A stretch of DNA of 64,000 bases from an uncultured Acidobacteriota bacterium (lineage in GTDB: Bacteria; Acidobacteriota; Terriglobia; Acidiferrales; UBA7541): NCBI GenBank assembly GCA_963814735.1, contig CAWFEC010000002.1, positions 132,048-196,047 of the forward strand, in the 5' to 3' direction. Shown here piece after piece: positions 9,934 to 20,318 of this stretch. The position numbers were made by a program, and so were the translations under genes. How positions within the stretch are numbered: position 1 is the first letter of the stretch; each line of letters opens with the position of its first letter. A model generated the notes under the pieces. The model saw only the letters and a program-made list of their open reading frames with translations. It was not told the origin of the DNA and ran no database searches.

Positions 9934-11373
9934 GTGCTAAGCGAGCGAACGATTCGGTGGCCATCGCGTTCGATCTTATTTGCCCTTATTGTAATTGCCG
10001 GGTGGCTTGCTTGCGGCGCCGATTTTGCACAATCTCCGGACAAGCGCGCGCTTCCTGCGCCAGTGCAGCTCACAGCGGAACAAGATCACCAGAGGATGAT
10101 GAATCTGCTGCACATCACTTCGCTCCGCCGGGCCCGGGACGCGAATCCCGCCTCGCCGTACGCGGCGAATTCCGACGAGTCCAAGGCCAACCCGTACCCG
10201 AAACTGCCGGACCCGCTGAGACTGAACAACGGAAAGAAGGTGACGTCGGCGAAGATGTGGTGGACGAAACGGCGTCCCGAGATTGTCGAGGACTTCGATC
10301 GAGAAGTGTATGGGCGCGTGCCGAAGGACACTCCGAAAGTGAATTGGGAAGTGGCGGACACAACGCGCGAAACGATCGGTGGCGTGCCGGTGGTTACGAA
10401 GAAGCTTGTAGGGCACGTAGATAACTCGTCGTATCCGCTGATCACTGTGGACATTCAGGCGACGCTCACGACGCCCGCGAATGCCGCGGGGCCCGTGCCG
10501 GTGATGATCGATTTCGGATTCGATCAGGCGTTCATGGCCCGGCTGCGCGCGCAAATGGAGGCTCGCGGACAAAAGTTTCCAGCTCCTCCACCCGGTCCTA
10601 CATGGCAGGAGCAAGTGCTGGCCAAGGGTTGGGGCTACGCGATTCTCGTTCCGACGAGCTATCAGGCGGACAACGGCGCCGGCTTGACTCAGGGAATCAT
10701 CGGCCTGTGCAACAAGGGGCAGCCTCGCAAGCCGGATGATTGGGGAGCTTTGCGAGCGTGGGCATGGGGTGCGAGCCGCCTGCTCGATTACTTTGAGACC
10801 GACCCGAGCGTAGACGCCAAGCGAGTCGGCATCGAGGGGCTGTCGCGCTACGGGAAGGCGACGCTCGTGACGATGGCTTACGACCAGCGGTTCGCGATTG
10901 CGCTGGTTGGCTCGTCGGGGGCGGGCGGAGCCAAACTCTTCCGGCGCAATTTCGGCGAGGCCGTGGAAAACCTGGCAGCCACCGGTGAATACCACTGGAT
11001 GGCCGGAAATTTCCTGAAGTTTGCTGGGCCGCTGAACGCGAGCGATCTTCCGGTGGATGCGCACGAACTCATCGCGATGGCCGCGCCGCGGCCCGTGTTT
11101 ATCAGCTGCGGCTCACCTCTTGTCGAGGGCACGTGGGTGGACGACAAGGGTCAATTCATGGCCGAAGTGGCAGCCGGGCCGGTATACGAACTTCTCGGAA
11201 AACGAGGATTGGGAGTGACGGAGATGCCGCCGATCGGCACTGCCTTGATCGACGGCGACCTGGCGTTTCGCCAGCATGAAGGTCCGCACACGGATTTGCC
11301 GAATTGGCCGGCGTTCTTGGAATTTGCATCGCGCTACATGAGCGAGCCGCACTCGGCGCGTGCGGCCAATTAG
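9934..11373 (+). CDS. secreted glucuronoyl esterase-like alpha/beta hydrolase (CE15 family-like)
   Basis: The G-L-S-R-Y-G-K motif matches the CE15 G-C-S-R-x-G-K nucleophile signature. Signal-peptide-like N-terminus from GTG 9934 (VLSERTIRWPSRSILFALIVIAGWLACG), preceded by AAGGAG at 9923-9928. Confidence 0.7.
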   Translation: MLSERTIRWPSRSILFALIVIAGWLACGADFAQSPDKRALPAPVQLTAEQDHQRMMNLLHITSLRRARDANPASPYAANSDESKANPYPKLPDPLRLNNGKKVTSAKMWWTKRRPEIVEDFDREVYGRVPKDTPKVNWEVADTTRETIGGVPVVTKKLVGHVDNSSYPLITVDIQATLTTPANAAGPVPVMIDFGFDQAFMARLRAQMEARGQKFPAPPPGPTWQEQVLAKGWGYAILVPTSYQADNGAGLTQGIIGLCNKGQPRKPDDWGALRAWAWGASRLLDYFETDPSVDAKRVGIEGLSRYGKATLVTMAYDQRFAIALVGSSGAGGAKLFRRNFGEAVENLAATGEYHWMAGNFLKFAGPLNASDLPVDAHELIAMAAPRPVFISCGSPLVEGTWVDDKGQFMAEVAAGPVYELLGKRGLGVTEMPPIGTALIDGDLAFRQHEGPHTDLPNWPAFLEFASRYMSEPHSARAAN

Positions 11374-11424
11374 AATTGGCGCTTGAAATCTAGACGCTGC
11401 CGGAACACGGTTCGTTCTGCGGCG

Positions 11425-11946
11425 TTAGGGCGTCGAAAGAAGATCGGCCTTGCCGGTTTCGAGGTCGACGGGAAACGATACGTGTTCCTGGACGATCAGC
11501 CATTTCCCCTTGATTTTGCGGAATACGTCGGTGACGCGCACCACTGCGTTCAGCGAGGAGCCGTCTTTGCGCGTGAATGTGCTTGATTGGATGTCGTGAC
11601 CGTAGGCTACTGGGCCGACGACCGTAATGTCTATATCCGACACTGTGGTCTTCGCCGGACCGGGGAAAGCGGAAAGAAGCCCTTCCCAATCTCGCTTATA
11701 GGCGTCCCAACTGGGATATTCGCGCGGAGGGACGGCGTCGAAAACGAATAGGGCCTTCCCGCGGGCGTAGCAGGACATGATCCCGTCGACATTCCGGCTG
11801 TTGAAGGCATCGCCATACGCCGTTATGAGCGCCTCGATCTCGTCCTTGTCGCTCGTCGGCGGAGCTTGAGCACGCACGCGAACTAAAACGCCCGACAGCA
11901 CAACCGCCAGAATCAAGAGTCCTACCAAAGCTGCGGATTTCTTCAT
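11425..11946 (-). CDS. secreted SnoaL/NTF2-like (DUF4440-like) protein
   Basis: Signal peptide MKKSAALVGLLILAVVLSG. IEALITAYGDAFNSRNVDGIMSCY...GKWLIVQEHVS is typical of the NTF2-like fold. AAGGAAA RBS. Confidence 0.6.
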   Translation of the reverse strand: MKKSAALVGLLILAVVLSGVLVRVRAQAPPTSDKDEIEALITAYGDAFNSRNVDGIMSCYARGKALFVFDAVPPREYPSWDAYKRDWEGLLSAFPGPAKTTVSDIDITVVGPVAYGHDIQSSTFTRKDGSSLNAVVRVTDVFRKIKGKWLIVQEHVSFPVDLETGKADLLSTP

Positions 11947-12243
11947 CTGTGAGTTTCCTTTATGGGCTGCGTTCAGGCTTCAGCCATCTACGCTCATCCT
12001 GGCACGAGCGTTTTCGCGAGGATAAAAGCCTCACGCTTCCACCAGCCGGATATCGCGACAGACGCGGAACAGAATGGGGTCTCGGCAGAAAGGAAACGCG
12101 CTTCGTGCCCAAGCCGCAGGATGTCGAGAGGGCGAGATTCCTTCCAGAGGCTGAGTGGGTGCCAAAAATTGCATTCCCGGCCGCTGACGAGCCCGCATAG
12201 ATTCATGTCCGTGCGCGCCACGTCCTCGTGCGGCCGGGATCGG

Positions 12244-14037
12244 CTATCGCCACTTGTCTATCGACGCGCTGCCGAAGTAGCTGAAGTCTCCGCCGGCCCA
12301 GTACGTGTTTGTTTCCCCGCCCAGCACGATTATTTCGATGGAGGACTTGGGGTTGGGATCGGGCGGCGCGCCAAAACGGCCTCGCCGATAGAAGCGTTGG
12401 AAAGGAAGATCGGCGTCGCCCATCTTCAGGTACGAGGCGTAGGGTTCGACGCCCGCCTGCGCTTGCTTTAGGTCGTTCTGGTGCGTGTCCCAGTATAGCC
12501 ACGCCGGTGTCTTCGTGTTCTTCGACCAGTAGTCGCTTAACTCTTCCTTCGAGTTGAATCCCTTTTCCTTTGCCTCGCGGGCCACGGTTGGATCGAGCAG
12601 CAGCGTGGCGGCGCTGGTGCCGAACGAGAAGAAATGCGTCAGCCAGTTGTTGATCAGTTCGTGGTAGGGCATCTTGGGGAACCATGCGACGTTGTTCAGG
12701 CTCCAGCCGCTGAAGATGCTGACGACGCTTTCCTCGGGTTTGAAGCCCTTTTGCACGTGGAACGGCTTCCAGCCGTCTGGCAGCTTGTTTTCCGTTTCCG
12801 CGATGCACAAGTTGTTGTAATTGAAGTTGGATCCCAGGGTGCCCAGGTAGGTGAGTCCGGCCACGCCACAGCCGCCGAGGTTTTTCGAAAGGATCGTCCA
12901 CGCGCGGCCAATCACAGCATTGGGTTCGGCGAAGGGGCCCATCGCGCCGATGCCGTAGTTCATCTTGATTTGGTCGGAAATAGGACCGTTCAGCATCACC
13001 ATCCGGGTGAAGGATGACGTCGAGCTGAAAAGCGACGGCTGTCCGGTCGATGCGATCGCCAAGATGGCGGGCAGGTGTTCGGGACTCGCGCCAGCCATGA
13101 CGGCATTGATGGCAACGTGCCTGACGGTGAACGTCCACGAAGCCTGCGCGCCGCGGGCGGCGCTCAACGTGCCGATCACTTCATCCGGCTTGTGGCTCGT
13201 GCCCTTCAGCATCGCCTCGACCTTTTCCTCGGTGGGAAGGATGATGGGCATGAAATCGGTGTAGTTGTTGTCGCAATACAGGCGCTGCAGCTCATCCGGA
13301 GTGCCCGAGTACATGGGCGGGCCGACGTCGGGAGTGACGGTGCCGGTCTTCTTCTCGTCCGCCGTCAAGGGAGTCGTCAGGGCGGAAATGATTTCCGGCA
13401 TCAGCGGCTTGTTTGTAACCGGATCGTTGCCCAAGAGGACCTGGTACATCTCCGCGTCGGTTTTGTTGGTCATCGGGTGAGGCAGGAAGCAAATGCGCTC
13501 GTCAGGCATGCCACGGCCAGCCGCATTCGACCTCGCAAGATCCTTGAAGGCGATCGTGACCAAGGGAGCGGTGGGGAGACCCATTTTCTCAACTTGTGCG
13601 CAGTGACCGACGGTCGCTGGTGTGCAGGTGCTTCAATGCCCATACGCCATGATCATGGCGTTGCCGTTCGCTTTCATTTCCGCCGTCAGCTTGGGGTCGT
13701 CATCGAAATACGACCCGGCTTTCAGTCGGTACACGGTCTTGACGCTCGGCATGTTCTTCGAGAACCAGATCGCGATTTGATTCAGGAAGCGATCGGCTCC
13801 GGCGAAGCCGTCTGAGACGAGGTAGATGGTTTTTCCGTCGAGCGTGGTCAGGCGCGGGGCCATCGGAATTAGCTGAACCCCGGGCGGCACACCCTTGGGA
13901 TTGAACGTCTCGAGTTTCGCCGGCCCCGCTGAGGTCTTCGCTTTTTTCGCTGGTTCGGCGAGCGTTGGAGACGACCCGGCCAAAATAGCCGAGGAAACGC
14001 CAATCAGCGACAGTAGCTTTCTTCGATTAATCTTCAT
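12244..14037 (-). CDS. candidate Tat-exported selenoprotein (597 aa if UGA 13633-13635 is decoded as Sec): UxxC module fused to a domain of unknown function
   Basis: Track ORFs 13633..14037 and 12244..13584 share one frame, separated by a single TGA plus 16 sense codons. The junction reads ...MIMAYGH-U-STCTPATVGHCAQVEKMGLPTAPLVTIAF.... Twin-arginine signal MKINRRKLLSLIGVSSAILAGSSPTLA. See findings. Confidence 0.6.
13597..13635 (-). other. in-frame UGA (13633-13635) plus downstream SECIS-like hairpin (13597-13626)
   Basis: Manual fold of the mRNA: UGC/GCA outer stem, CAG/CUG and GACC/GGUC inner stems, apical GUC loop. The loop G-U lies about 22-24 nt after the UGA, comparable to the spacing in E. 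coli fdhF. Not verified with a covariance model. Confidence 0.4.
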
Positions 14038-14153
14038 CTTTTTTCCCCCACAGTCTTGCGTCAGACGGCTATCAGTACCTGCGACACATTACTACACCTG
14101 ACGCACATTTAGACTGCCGCTCATCGAATTCGGTTACACATCCGAAACCCTGT

Positions 14154-15923
14154 CTATGGCAACGCGAACACGTAGATCGCGTTGCTCCCGGTCGTCGGCG
14201 TATGCATGTCGGGTATCTCGTTGGCCAGCTCCGGAACTTTGAGATTGTAGCCCGTCATCACGCAGACGTATTCCTTGCCGTTCACCCCATACGTGATCGT
14301 GCTCACCGAGACGTTGCCGCCGAGAATCGATTCCCAAAGTTTCTTGCCGGTTCGCGCATCGAAGGCGCTGAATCGTCGGCTCATGTCCCCGTGAAACACG
14401 AGACCCCCCGCTGTGGTGACCACGGAAGCCGTGCTCGGGGCGCGGCCCTCGTCGAAACGCACCATGTCGCCGGTCGAGAGATTAATCTTCGCCAGGCCGG
14501 CGAGTTTGTTGGGATCGGACCCGGGCCGCGGAATCACTTTCCACGAGCCGCGTATGCCGGGAGCGGCCGTGGTGAGATCGCGGCAATTATCGACGTACGG
14601 CACGTAGAGAGAATTCGTGAGCGGGTCATACGACGTGGGCCAATAGCTGCGCGTGTTCCAGAAGCAAATGATGTGGTGCTCGCCCGGCTTCTTGGTGACG
14701 ATGTCCCAGTTCAACGTGGTTTGCCCTGTCTTCACGTTGACGCTCGCGAGGTTGAAATTCGGGTCGTCGTAAGGAAAGGGCATGGCCCAGAGAAATTTGC
14801 CGTTGTTCCGATCCAGGGCAAAAACCGAGCCGCCTTCGGAAACCATCACCGCCATATCGTGCTTCGATCCGCGCGGAACATCGGGATTGATCCACTTCAC
14901 GGCTTTCGGATCGGGATCGAAGGGTTCGTTCACCAACGTGCGCTCGTGCGTGTGATCCGTGTCCCAGTCGTCGCCCGGCAGATGCTGGTAATACCAGATC
15001 AGCCGTCCCGTCTTCGGATCGAGCGCCAGCGTGCAATTGCTGTAGAGGTCTGCGGGCGAAGTCCGCGCGGTGCCATCAGGATTGCCGCCGTGCCGCAGAA
15101 TGCGCTGATCGGGCATGGGATTCGCCACGCCCCAGTAGATCACGTTGCGCGCAGGGTCGAAGCTCCCCGGCAATCCCCATGTGGATGCCGTATCCTGCGA
15201 GTTGTCACCGCCTCCCCATGAGGAATATCCGGGATCATCGGGTCCAGCGACGTTGTAAAAGCGCCAAACTTTTTCGCCCGTTTCGGCGTTGTCCGCCTCG
15301 ATGAAGCAAGTATCGCGGCCGTGGCCGCAGGTGCCCCCGGATACGACGTTGCCGTCGATCACCAGTGGGCCCGACGTATTGGCCGTCTGCGTCTTGAAGG
15401 TCTCCCAGCGGACTTTTCCGGTGCGCGCGTCGAGCGCGACCACGTAGCCATCGGGCGCCGTGAAATAAACCATGTCTTCATAAATCGCGAGACACTTGGA
15501 TCTTTCTGTGGAGCCGATCTGCGGATTCTTGTACTCGCGCTTGTATTCCCAGATGAGGTCGCCGGTGGTGGCATCGAGCGCGTCGACCATGCCCCCCGGC
15601 GCGATCACGTACATCACGCCGTCATGCACGATCGGAATCGTCTCGGTGACGCCATCCGGAAGGCTGCGCACCCACGCCATGCGAAGCTGGCCCACGTTTT
15701 TCGTGTTGATCTGCGAAAGCGGGCTGTAGCGCCACGCATCGTACGTGCGGCTATACATCAGCCAGTCGTCCGGGCTGGGATGCAGCAGCATTTCGTTTGT
15801 GACGGGTTTGTAGTTCTCGACTTGCCTGTACTCGACCGGCTTATTGTCCAAGGTCTGCCCAAACGCGGGCACGACGATCCCCGCGAAGCATAGGCACACA
15901 GCAAGAGTCCGGATCCGAACCAT
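14154..15923 (-). CDS. PQQ-dependent dehydrogenase (quinoprotein alcohol/methanol dehydrogenase family), periplasmic
   Basis: About 589 aa from ATG 15923 (MVRIRTLAVCLCFAGIVVPAFG signal peptide). N-terminal LLHPSPDDWLMYSRTYDAWRYSPLSQI and repeated W-containing propeller motifs are characteristic of the family. GGGGGAAC RBS. Confidence 0.85.
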   Translation of the reverse strand: MVRIRTLAVCLCFAGIVVPAFGQTLDNKPVEYRQVENYKPVTNEMLLHPSPDDWLMYSRTYDAWRYSPLSQINTKNVGQLRMAWVRSLPDGVTETIPIVHDGVMYVIAPGGMVDALDATTGDLIWEYKREYKNPQIGSTERSKCLAIYEDMVYFTAPDGYVVALDARTGKVRWETFKTQTANTSGPLVIDGNVVSGGTCGHGRDTCFIEADNAETGEKVWRFYNVAGPDDPGYSSWGGGDNSQDTASTWGLPGSFDPARNVIYWGVANPMPDQRILRHGGNPDGTARTSPADLYSNCTLALDPKTGRLIWYYQHLPGDDWDTDHTHERTLVNEPFDPDPKAVKWINPDVPRGSKHDMAVMVSEGGSVFALDRNNGKFLWAMPFPYDDPNFNLASVNVKTGQTTLNWDIVTKKPGEHHIICFWNTRSYWPTSYDPLTNSLYVPYVDNCRDLTTAAPGIRGSWKVIPRPGSDPNKLAGLAKINLSTGDMVRFDEGRAPSTASVVTTAGGLVFHGDMSRRFSAFDARTGKKLWESILGGNVSVSTITYGVNGKEYVCVMTGYNLKVPELANEIPDMHTPTTGSNAIYVFALP

Positions 15924-16107
15924 ACGATGTTCCCCCGAGCCCAGTGGCCGAAATAAGCGCGCGCACAAGAACCGGGGGCATCCTACAGCAGGTCGCGGTA
16001 CGCCTCAATAGCCAGATCGCCGTGATCTAAAAATATTCCCCGTGGTTGCTTGCGGGGACGGGAAGTAATCTAATTCTCAGTGTAGAAGGATTTCAGGAGG
16101 AGCGATC

Positions 16108-16296
16108 ATGGCAAAGTATGGCAAAGCAGCCAGCAAGAGCGTCGAACGGGCGCTGCGTCTTGAGAAGAGTGGCAAATTGAAGTCCGGGAAGGGCGGAAAA
16201 GGCGGCAAGGTGACGAGCCGCAAGCAGGCAATCGCGATCGGACTTTCGGAAGCGCGCAAAAGAGGCGCGAAGGTTCCCAAGAAGAAATCCCGCTAG
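16108..16296 (+). CDS. small basic protein (DUF6496-like, KGG-rich)
   Basis: 62 aa, with AGGAGG 7 nt upstream. SRKQAIAIGLSEARKRGAKVPKK resembles a widespread small conserved protein family. Confidence 0.55.
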   Translation: MAKYGKAASKSVERALRLEKSGKLKSGKGGKGGKVTSRKQAIAIGLSEARKRGAKVPKKKSR

Positions 16297-16532
16297 TTGC
16301 GTTTGCTTCGTTGTCGCGACGAAGCACGACCGCGAGCGTATGACGACGCCCATCGTGTCGATATCGTGTGATTCCGCGCGGCGCGGGCTCCCGGTTCACC
16401 CTGTGAAAGAGCGCCGAAACCGCCTTCTTGCCGTTCGCCGGAATACGCTAAGATAAAAGCTGCGAGCATTTTGCGCGCTGCTCGCTCCACTTCGGATCTT
16501 GGAACGCGTCCACTCAGGGAGGAAACGACGCG

Positions 16533-18560
16533 ATGAATGGCCAGAAGCACTCACGAATCGCCGAGCCGGACAGTGGCCACCCGGAACGTGTCACGATCAC
16601 CAGTGTCTCACCGGCGTTGGACGGGGGCCGCTATCCGATCAAGCGCATCATCGGCGACGAAGTCAAAGTGAGCGCCAACGTCTTCGCGGACGGCCACGAA
16701 GTTCTCGGAGCTGTCCTACTCCATCGCACCGACAGGCAAACCCTATGGAACGAAGTTCCGATGGCAGCGCTCGAGAACGATCGATGGGAAGCCAGCTTTC
16801 GCGTTTCGTCGATTGGCGAGCACGTCTACACCGTTCAGGCCTGGATCGACCCTTTCAGGACGTGGCGCCGCGACATGATCAAGCGTGTCGAGGCAGGGCA
16901 ACAGGCTTCGGTCGATTTGCTGATTGGCGCAGGTCTGATCGCGTGGGCCGCCGAGCGCGCTTTGGGCGCTGAAAGCAAGGAACTCCGCACGCATGCCGAT
17001 TCAGTGCGCGCGAATGCCGAGCGCGATCTTGGTTATGCCGCCGAGCAGGCGCTCGACGAGCGGGTGGCGCAGCTGATGGATCGATATCCCGACAGGCGCC
17101 ATGGCAGCACCTATGACAAGCCTCTCCGCGTCGTGGTCGATCGAGAAAAAGCGCGCTTCAGCAGCTGGTACGAGATGTTTCCGCGCTCTTGTTCTCCGAA
17201 ACCCGGCCGGCACGGTACGTTTCGAGACTGCGTTGCGCGCTTGCCTTACGTTGCCGAAATGGGATTTGACGTCCTGTACCTCCCGCCCATTCATCCGATC
17301 GGCTGCGTCCATCGCAAAGGAAAAAACAACGGCACCGTCGCGGCCCCCGACGACCCCGGCAGCCCGTGGGCGATTGGCTCGCGCGACGGCGGCCACAAGT
17401 CGATCCTCCGCGAGCTCGGCACGATCGAGGATTTTCGCGCGCTCGTGCAGGCCACGCGCCAGCAGGGAATGGAAGTTGCGCTCGATATCGCCTTCCAGTG
17501 CGCGCCCGATCATCCTTATGTTCGCGAGCATCCCGAGTGGTTTCACATTCGCCCCGACGGGACGGTCCAATACGCCGAGAATCCGCCAAAGAAATATGAA
17601 GACATCGTTCCAATCAATTTCGATACGGAACAGTGGCGCGAACTTTGGGCCGAGCTGAAAGACATTGTCCTCTTCTGGATCGGCCACGGCGTCCGCATAT
17701 TCCGCGTCGATAATCCGCACACGAAGCCATTTCCCTTCTGGGAGTGGCTGATCTCGGAAATCAAGCGCGACTATCCGGATGTTTTATTCCTGGCGGAGGC
17801 ATTCACGCGGCCCAAGGTGATGTATGAGCTCGCGAAGCGCGGATTCTCACAGTCCTACACCTATTTTGCGTGGCGCAACACGCCCTGGGAATTGACCGAA
17901 TACTTCACCGAGCTGACGCAAACGGAGGTCAGCGAGTTTTTTCGTCCGAATCTCTGGCCCAACACGCCCGACATCCTTACGGAAAATCTGCAATTGGGTG
18001 GACGCCCCGCGTTCATGGCGCGCGCAGTTCTGGCCGGCACGCTCGGCGCGAGCTACGGAATGTATGGTCCTGCCTTTGAGCTGTGCGAGAACCGGCCGAT
18101 CTACGCGGGAAGCGAAGAGTATCTGGATTCGGAAAAATATCAGATTCGGAATTGGGACATCGCGCGTCCCGACAGCCTGAAGGATTGGATCGCCCGGATC
18201 AACCGGGCCCGCCGCGAAAACCCGTGCCTGCAGAGCGACGCAGGGCTGAGATTTCATTCCATCGATAACGACAATTTCATCGCCTATTCGAAATCGACCG
18301 AGGATCGCTCGTCGCTGATCGTCGTTGTCGTGAATCTGAATCCGTACCAAAAGCACAACGGCTGGGTTACGCTGCCGCTCGAAGCCCTCGGCCTGTCGGA
18401 GCATCAGCCATACCAGATGCACGATCTTCTCAGCGACGCGCGCTACATCTGGCAGGGCTCGCGCAATTACGTGGAGCTCGATCCGGCCGCGGCGCCGGCG
18501 CATATTTTCCGCGTTCGTCGGCACGTCCGCTCCGAGCAGGATTTCGATTATTTCGAATAG
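16533..18560 (+). CDS. glgE: alpha-1,4-glucan:maltose-1-phosphate maltosyltransferase
   Basis: 675 aa. N-terminal GGRYPIKRIIGDEV (DUF3416 domain) followed by a GH13 catalytic region (FRVDNPHTKP, FLAEAFTRP). Confidence 0.9.
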   Translation: MNGQKHSRIAEPDSGHPERVTITSVSPALDGGRYPIKRIIGDEVKVSANVFADGHEVLGAVLLHRTDRQTLWNEVPMAALENDRWEASFRVSSIGEHVYTVQAWIDPFRTWRRDMIKRVEAGQQASVDLLIGAGLIAWAAERALGAESKELRTHADSVRANAERDLGYAAEQALDERVAQLMDRYPDRRHGSTYDKPLRVVVDREKARFSSWYEMFPRSCSPKPGRHGTFRDCVARLPYVAEMGFDVLYLPPIHPIGCVHRKGKNNGTVAAPDDPGSPWAIGSRDGGHKSILRELGTIEDFRALVQATRQQGMEVALDIAFQCAPDHPYVREHPEWFHIRPDGTVQYAENPPKKYEDIVPINFDTEQWRELWAELKDIVLFWIGHGVRIFRVDNPHTKPFPFWEWLISEIKRDYPDVLFLAEAFTRPKVMYELAKRGFSQSYTYFAWRNTPWELTEYFTELTQTEVSEFFRPNLWPNTPDILTENLQLGGRPAFMARAVLAGTLGASYGMYGPAFELCENRPIYAGSEEYLDSEKYQIRNWDIARPDSLKDWIARINRARRENPCLQSDAGLRFHSIDNDNFIAYSKSTEDRSSLIVVVVNLNPYQKHNGWVTLPLEALGLSEHQPYQMHDLLSDARYIWQGSRNYVELDPAAAPAHIFRVRRHVRSEQDFDYFE

Positions 18561-18605
18561 CACCCGAGCCGCAGGATCGGTGCGGATAGGATTTAGGATC
18601 GAGCG

Positions 18606-20240
18606 ATGCAGAGTAATCCCCTCTGGTACAAGGACGCCGTCATTTACGAGCTGCACGTGCGCGCCTTCTACGATAGCGATGGCGACGGCGCCGGCGAATT
18701 CAAGGGGCTCACCTACAAGCTCGATTATCTGAAGGATCTCGGAGTCAGCGCGGTCTGGCTGCTGCCGTTCTATCCTTCTCCATGGCGCGACGATGGCTAC
18801 GACATCTCCGATTACACGGGCATTCATCCCGCCTACGGCACGCTCGATGATTTCAAGGCGTTCCTCGAAGAAGCTCATCGCCGCGACATCCGCGTGATCA
18901 CCGAGCTGGTCTTGAACCACACTTCCGATCAGCACCCGTGGTTTCAGCAGGCGCGCAGTTCGCGGGACAATCCAAAGCGCGATTGGTACGTCTGGAGCGA
19001 AACGCCCGATCGCTACAAGGACGCCCGAATCATATTCACCGATACCGAGCAATCCAATTGGGCGTGGGACATGTCGTCGAAGTCCTACTACTGGCATCGC
19101 TTCTTCAGCCATCAGCCCGATCTCAACTACGACAATCCTGCCGTTCGCGAAGAGATGTGGAACGTAATGAAGTTTTGGCTCGACATGGGCGTCGATGGCC
19201 TCCGCCTCGATGCCGTCCCTTACCTCGTCGAGCGCGACAAGACCTCCTGCGAGAATTTGCCAGAGACTCACGAAGTGCTGAAGTTTCTCCGCCACCGCCT
19301 GGATGAGAATTTTCCTGACAAAATGTTTCTCGCGGAGGCCAATCAGTGGCCCCAGGACGTTCGCGCTTACTTCGGGAATGACGACGAGTGCCACATGGCG
19401 TTTCATTTTCCGCTGATGCCGCGCATGTTCATGGCGATCAAACTGGAAGACCGCAAGCCCCTGGTGGACGTGCTGCAGCGCACGCCCGCGATTCCCGCCG
19501 CGTGCCAGTGGGGCATTTTTCTTCGAAATCACGACGAACTCACCCTCGAGATGGTCACGATGGACGAGCGCGATTACATGTATGACGAGTTTGCCAAAGA
19601 CGCGCGCGCCAAGCTGAATATCGGCATTCGCCGGCGCCTCGCTCCGCTGATGGAGAACGACCGCCGCCGCATCGAACTTCTCAACGGCCTCTTGATGTCT
19701 CTGCCCGGCACGCCGATCATCTACTATGGCGACGAAATCGGCATGGGCGACAACATCTATCTCGGCGATCGCAACGGCGTGCGCACCCCGATGCAATGGA
19801 ACGGCGGATGGAATGCCGGCTTCTCCGGCGCCGATCCCGAGCGTCTCTATGCGGCGCTGATCTCGAATCCCCTGTACGGCTATCAGGTCGTGAACGTGGA
19901 ATCGCAGCGGCGTTCCGAGCATTCGCTGCTCTCATGGATGAAGCAACTGATCCGCGTCCGCAAATCGACGCGCGTCTTCAGCCGCGGCACGATGGAGATG
20001 CTGCATCCGCTCAATCACCGCGTGCTGGCCTTCGTGCGCGAGTTCGAGGGCGCGAAGATTCTGGTGGTGAGCAATCTATCGAGCCAGGCCCAGGCCGCCG
20101 AACTGGACCTGCAGCGCTGGAAGGGAACCGTGCCCATCGAAATGTTCGGGGGCAATCCCTTTCCGCGCATAGGAGACTTGCCTTACCTGCTGACGCTCGG
20201 GCCGTATCACTTTTACTGGTTTCGCTTGCGTCAGCTTTGA
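18606..20240 (+). CDS. treS: trehalose synthase / maltose alpha-D-glucosyltransferase
   Basis: [22 protein letters not shown]...[10 protein letters not shown]...FLAEANQWP...[10 protein letters not shown] are GH13 TreS signatures. 544 aa. Confidence 0.9.
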   Translation: MQSNPLWYKDAVIYELHVRAFYDSDGDGAGEFKGLTYKLDYLKDLGVSAVWLLPFYPSPWRDDGYDISDYTGIHPAYGTLDDFKAFLEEAHRRDIRVITELVLNHTSDQHPWFQQARSSRDNPKRDWYVWSETPDRYKDARIIFTDTEQSNWAWDMSSKSYYWHRFFSHQPDLNYDNPAVREEMWNVMKFWLDMGVDGLRLDAVPYLVERDKTSCENLPETHEVLKFLRHRLDENFPDKMFLAEANQWPQDVRAYFGNDDECHMAFHFPLMPRMFMAIKLEDRKPLVDVLQRTPAIPAACQWGIFLRNHDELTLEMVTMDERDYMYDEFAKDARAKLNIGIRRRLAPLMENDRRRIELLNGLLMSLPGTPIIYYGDEIGMGDNIYLGDRNGVRTPMQWNGGWNAGFSGADPERLYAALISNPLYGYQVVNVESQRRSEHSLLSWMKQLIRVRKSTRVFSRGTMEMLHPLNHRVLAFVREFEGAKILVVSNLSSQAQAAELDLQRWKGTVPIEMFGGNPFPRIGDLPYLLTLGPYHFYWFRLRQL

Positions 20241-20318
20241 TCTTGACTCGCGCGACCGATGCGAATAGATGAAGAGAAGTGGCCGCCACAAACTAACTAG
20301 CAATGGCGAGGACGTAAG

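Noticed and set aside
13585-13635. Alternative reading of the TGA at 13633 as a genuine stop separating a 134-aa Tat protein from a 446-aa cytoplasmic protein.
   Set aside because: This reading is not fully excluded and is kept as the null hypothesis. It is disfavoured for four reasons. The stop falls inside a UxxC redox motif. The 48-nt spacer is in frame and stop-free. The downstream start has a weak RBS. A hairpin follows the UGA at SECIS-like spacing.
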